Below the pieces are notes generated by a model that was given only the letters and a program-made list of their open reading frames with translations, had not been told where the DNA came from and did no database searches. From positions 62,001 to 126,000 of the forward strand of contig OZ025675.1 of assembly GCA_964019335.1 (NCBI GenBank): a stretch of 64,000 bases of DNA. Direction: 5' to 3'. Shown here in pieces: positions 63,368-64,000 of the stretch. The translations under genes were made by a program, and so were the position numbers. The DNA is from Diplonema japonicum. Taxonomy: Eukaryota > Protista > Euglenozoa: Diplonemea. The stretch's first letter is position 1; each line of letters opens with the position of its first letter.

Positions 63368-64000
63368 CCCATAAAGGACAGGAGCTGAATATTCAGCTAA
63401 AGAAAAACTTTTAAATTCTGCTAAGGCATTTTTAGTGCTCTGCATGCCCACTCTTTAAAGAGGGGCCTTATTGCGCGACTTTTTTTATACTGAATGCTAT
63501 ATCGCCCGTAAATTTTTGCATCCAAACTGCAAGGGGAGAAAAAAAATAGTGGCACAGACATTGTTTTTTTACACCCCATAAGGAGTAGTGCCGAAAGCAC
63601 TTCTGAAGAAGGGCCAGTGTCACCGGATGATGGGGATATCCCGGATATGGAATGGGATGACAAAATCGAGAAGGTGGGGAGGAACATATTTCGCAAGGTG
63701 CCAGGTCCAAGTGTACCAGTAGTGGTTCTCAACGGGCTGGAGGTTTTTCCTTTGTTTTTGATAGGGTGGCCCTCCAGCAAGGGGCTTGTCCTGTACTTTG
63801 AGTTGTTTTTCACTCCTGCGGCTCTAAAAGGCTATCGTGGGGTGGGCAGCAAGCCATTCGAGTGGTATAGAGGCCTTTGGATACTTACAGGGCTCATAAT
63901 CAAGACAGATATCAAGGTCTACTGGGCATAGGATGAACTCACAGATACCCCATATTCACAATATTTCAGAACGGTAATGGAAAGAAACAGGCTCCTAAAA
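63368..64000 (+). mobile_element. Second piggyBac-family element, left end and degenerate transposase start (runs off the window)
   Basis: TTAA (63364-63367) then CCCATAAAGGAC, resembling the first element's TIR. Peptide YFELFF...GLWILTGLIIKTDIKVYWA*DELTDTPIF matches the transposase N-terminal region. Confidence 0.8.

Overview
Eukaryotic genomic DNA. A trans-splicing euglenozoan such as a diplonemid is likely (inference): the genes are intronless and all on the minus strand, polypyrimidine+AG acceptors sit near the ATGs, the cyclase motifs are trypanosome-like, and DNA transposons are present. The window is dominated by a tandem array of 14 receptor-type class III adenylate cyclase genes: 12 complete, 1 running off the left edge and 1 internally deleted, plus a small relic fragment. 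Each has a variable N-terminal sensor (a 6-TM type, or a large-ectodomain type in two genes), a helical linker, an intact catalytic domain and a C-terminal pseudo-cyclase domain. The paralogues are segment-by-segment mosaics of each other. An ABCA transporter and a ubiquitin-like/ankyrin gene interrupt the array. Intergenic DNA holds two piggyBac elements, 3' fragments of non-LTR retrotransposons, several hAT-like MITEs and short dispersed repeats. The most notable find is at 5430-5820 (minus strand): a tRNA-Lys-derived Pol III promoter head fused to a complete HDV-like self-cleaving ribozyme fold. It heads a short interspersed element, and two other copies begin at the predicted cleavage site. 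All calls were made by eye; no searches were run.
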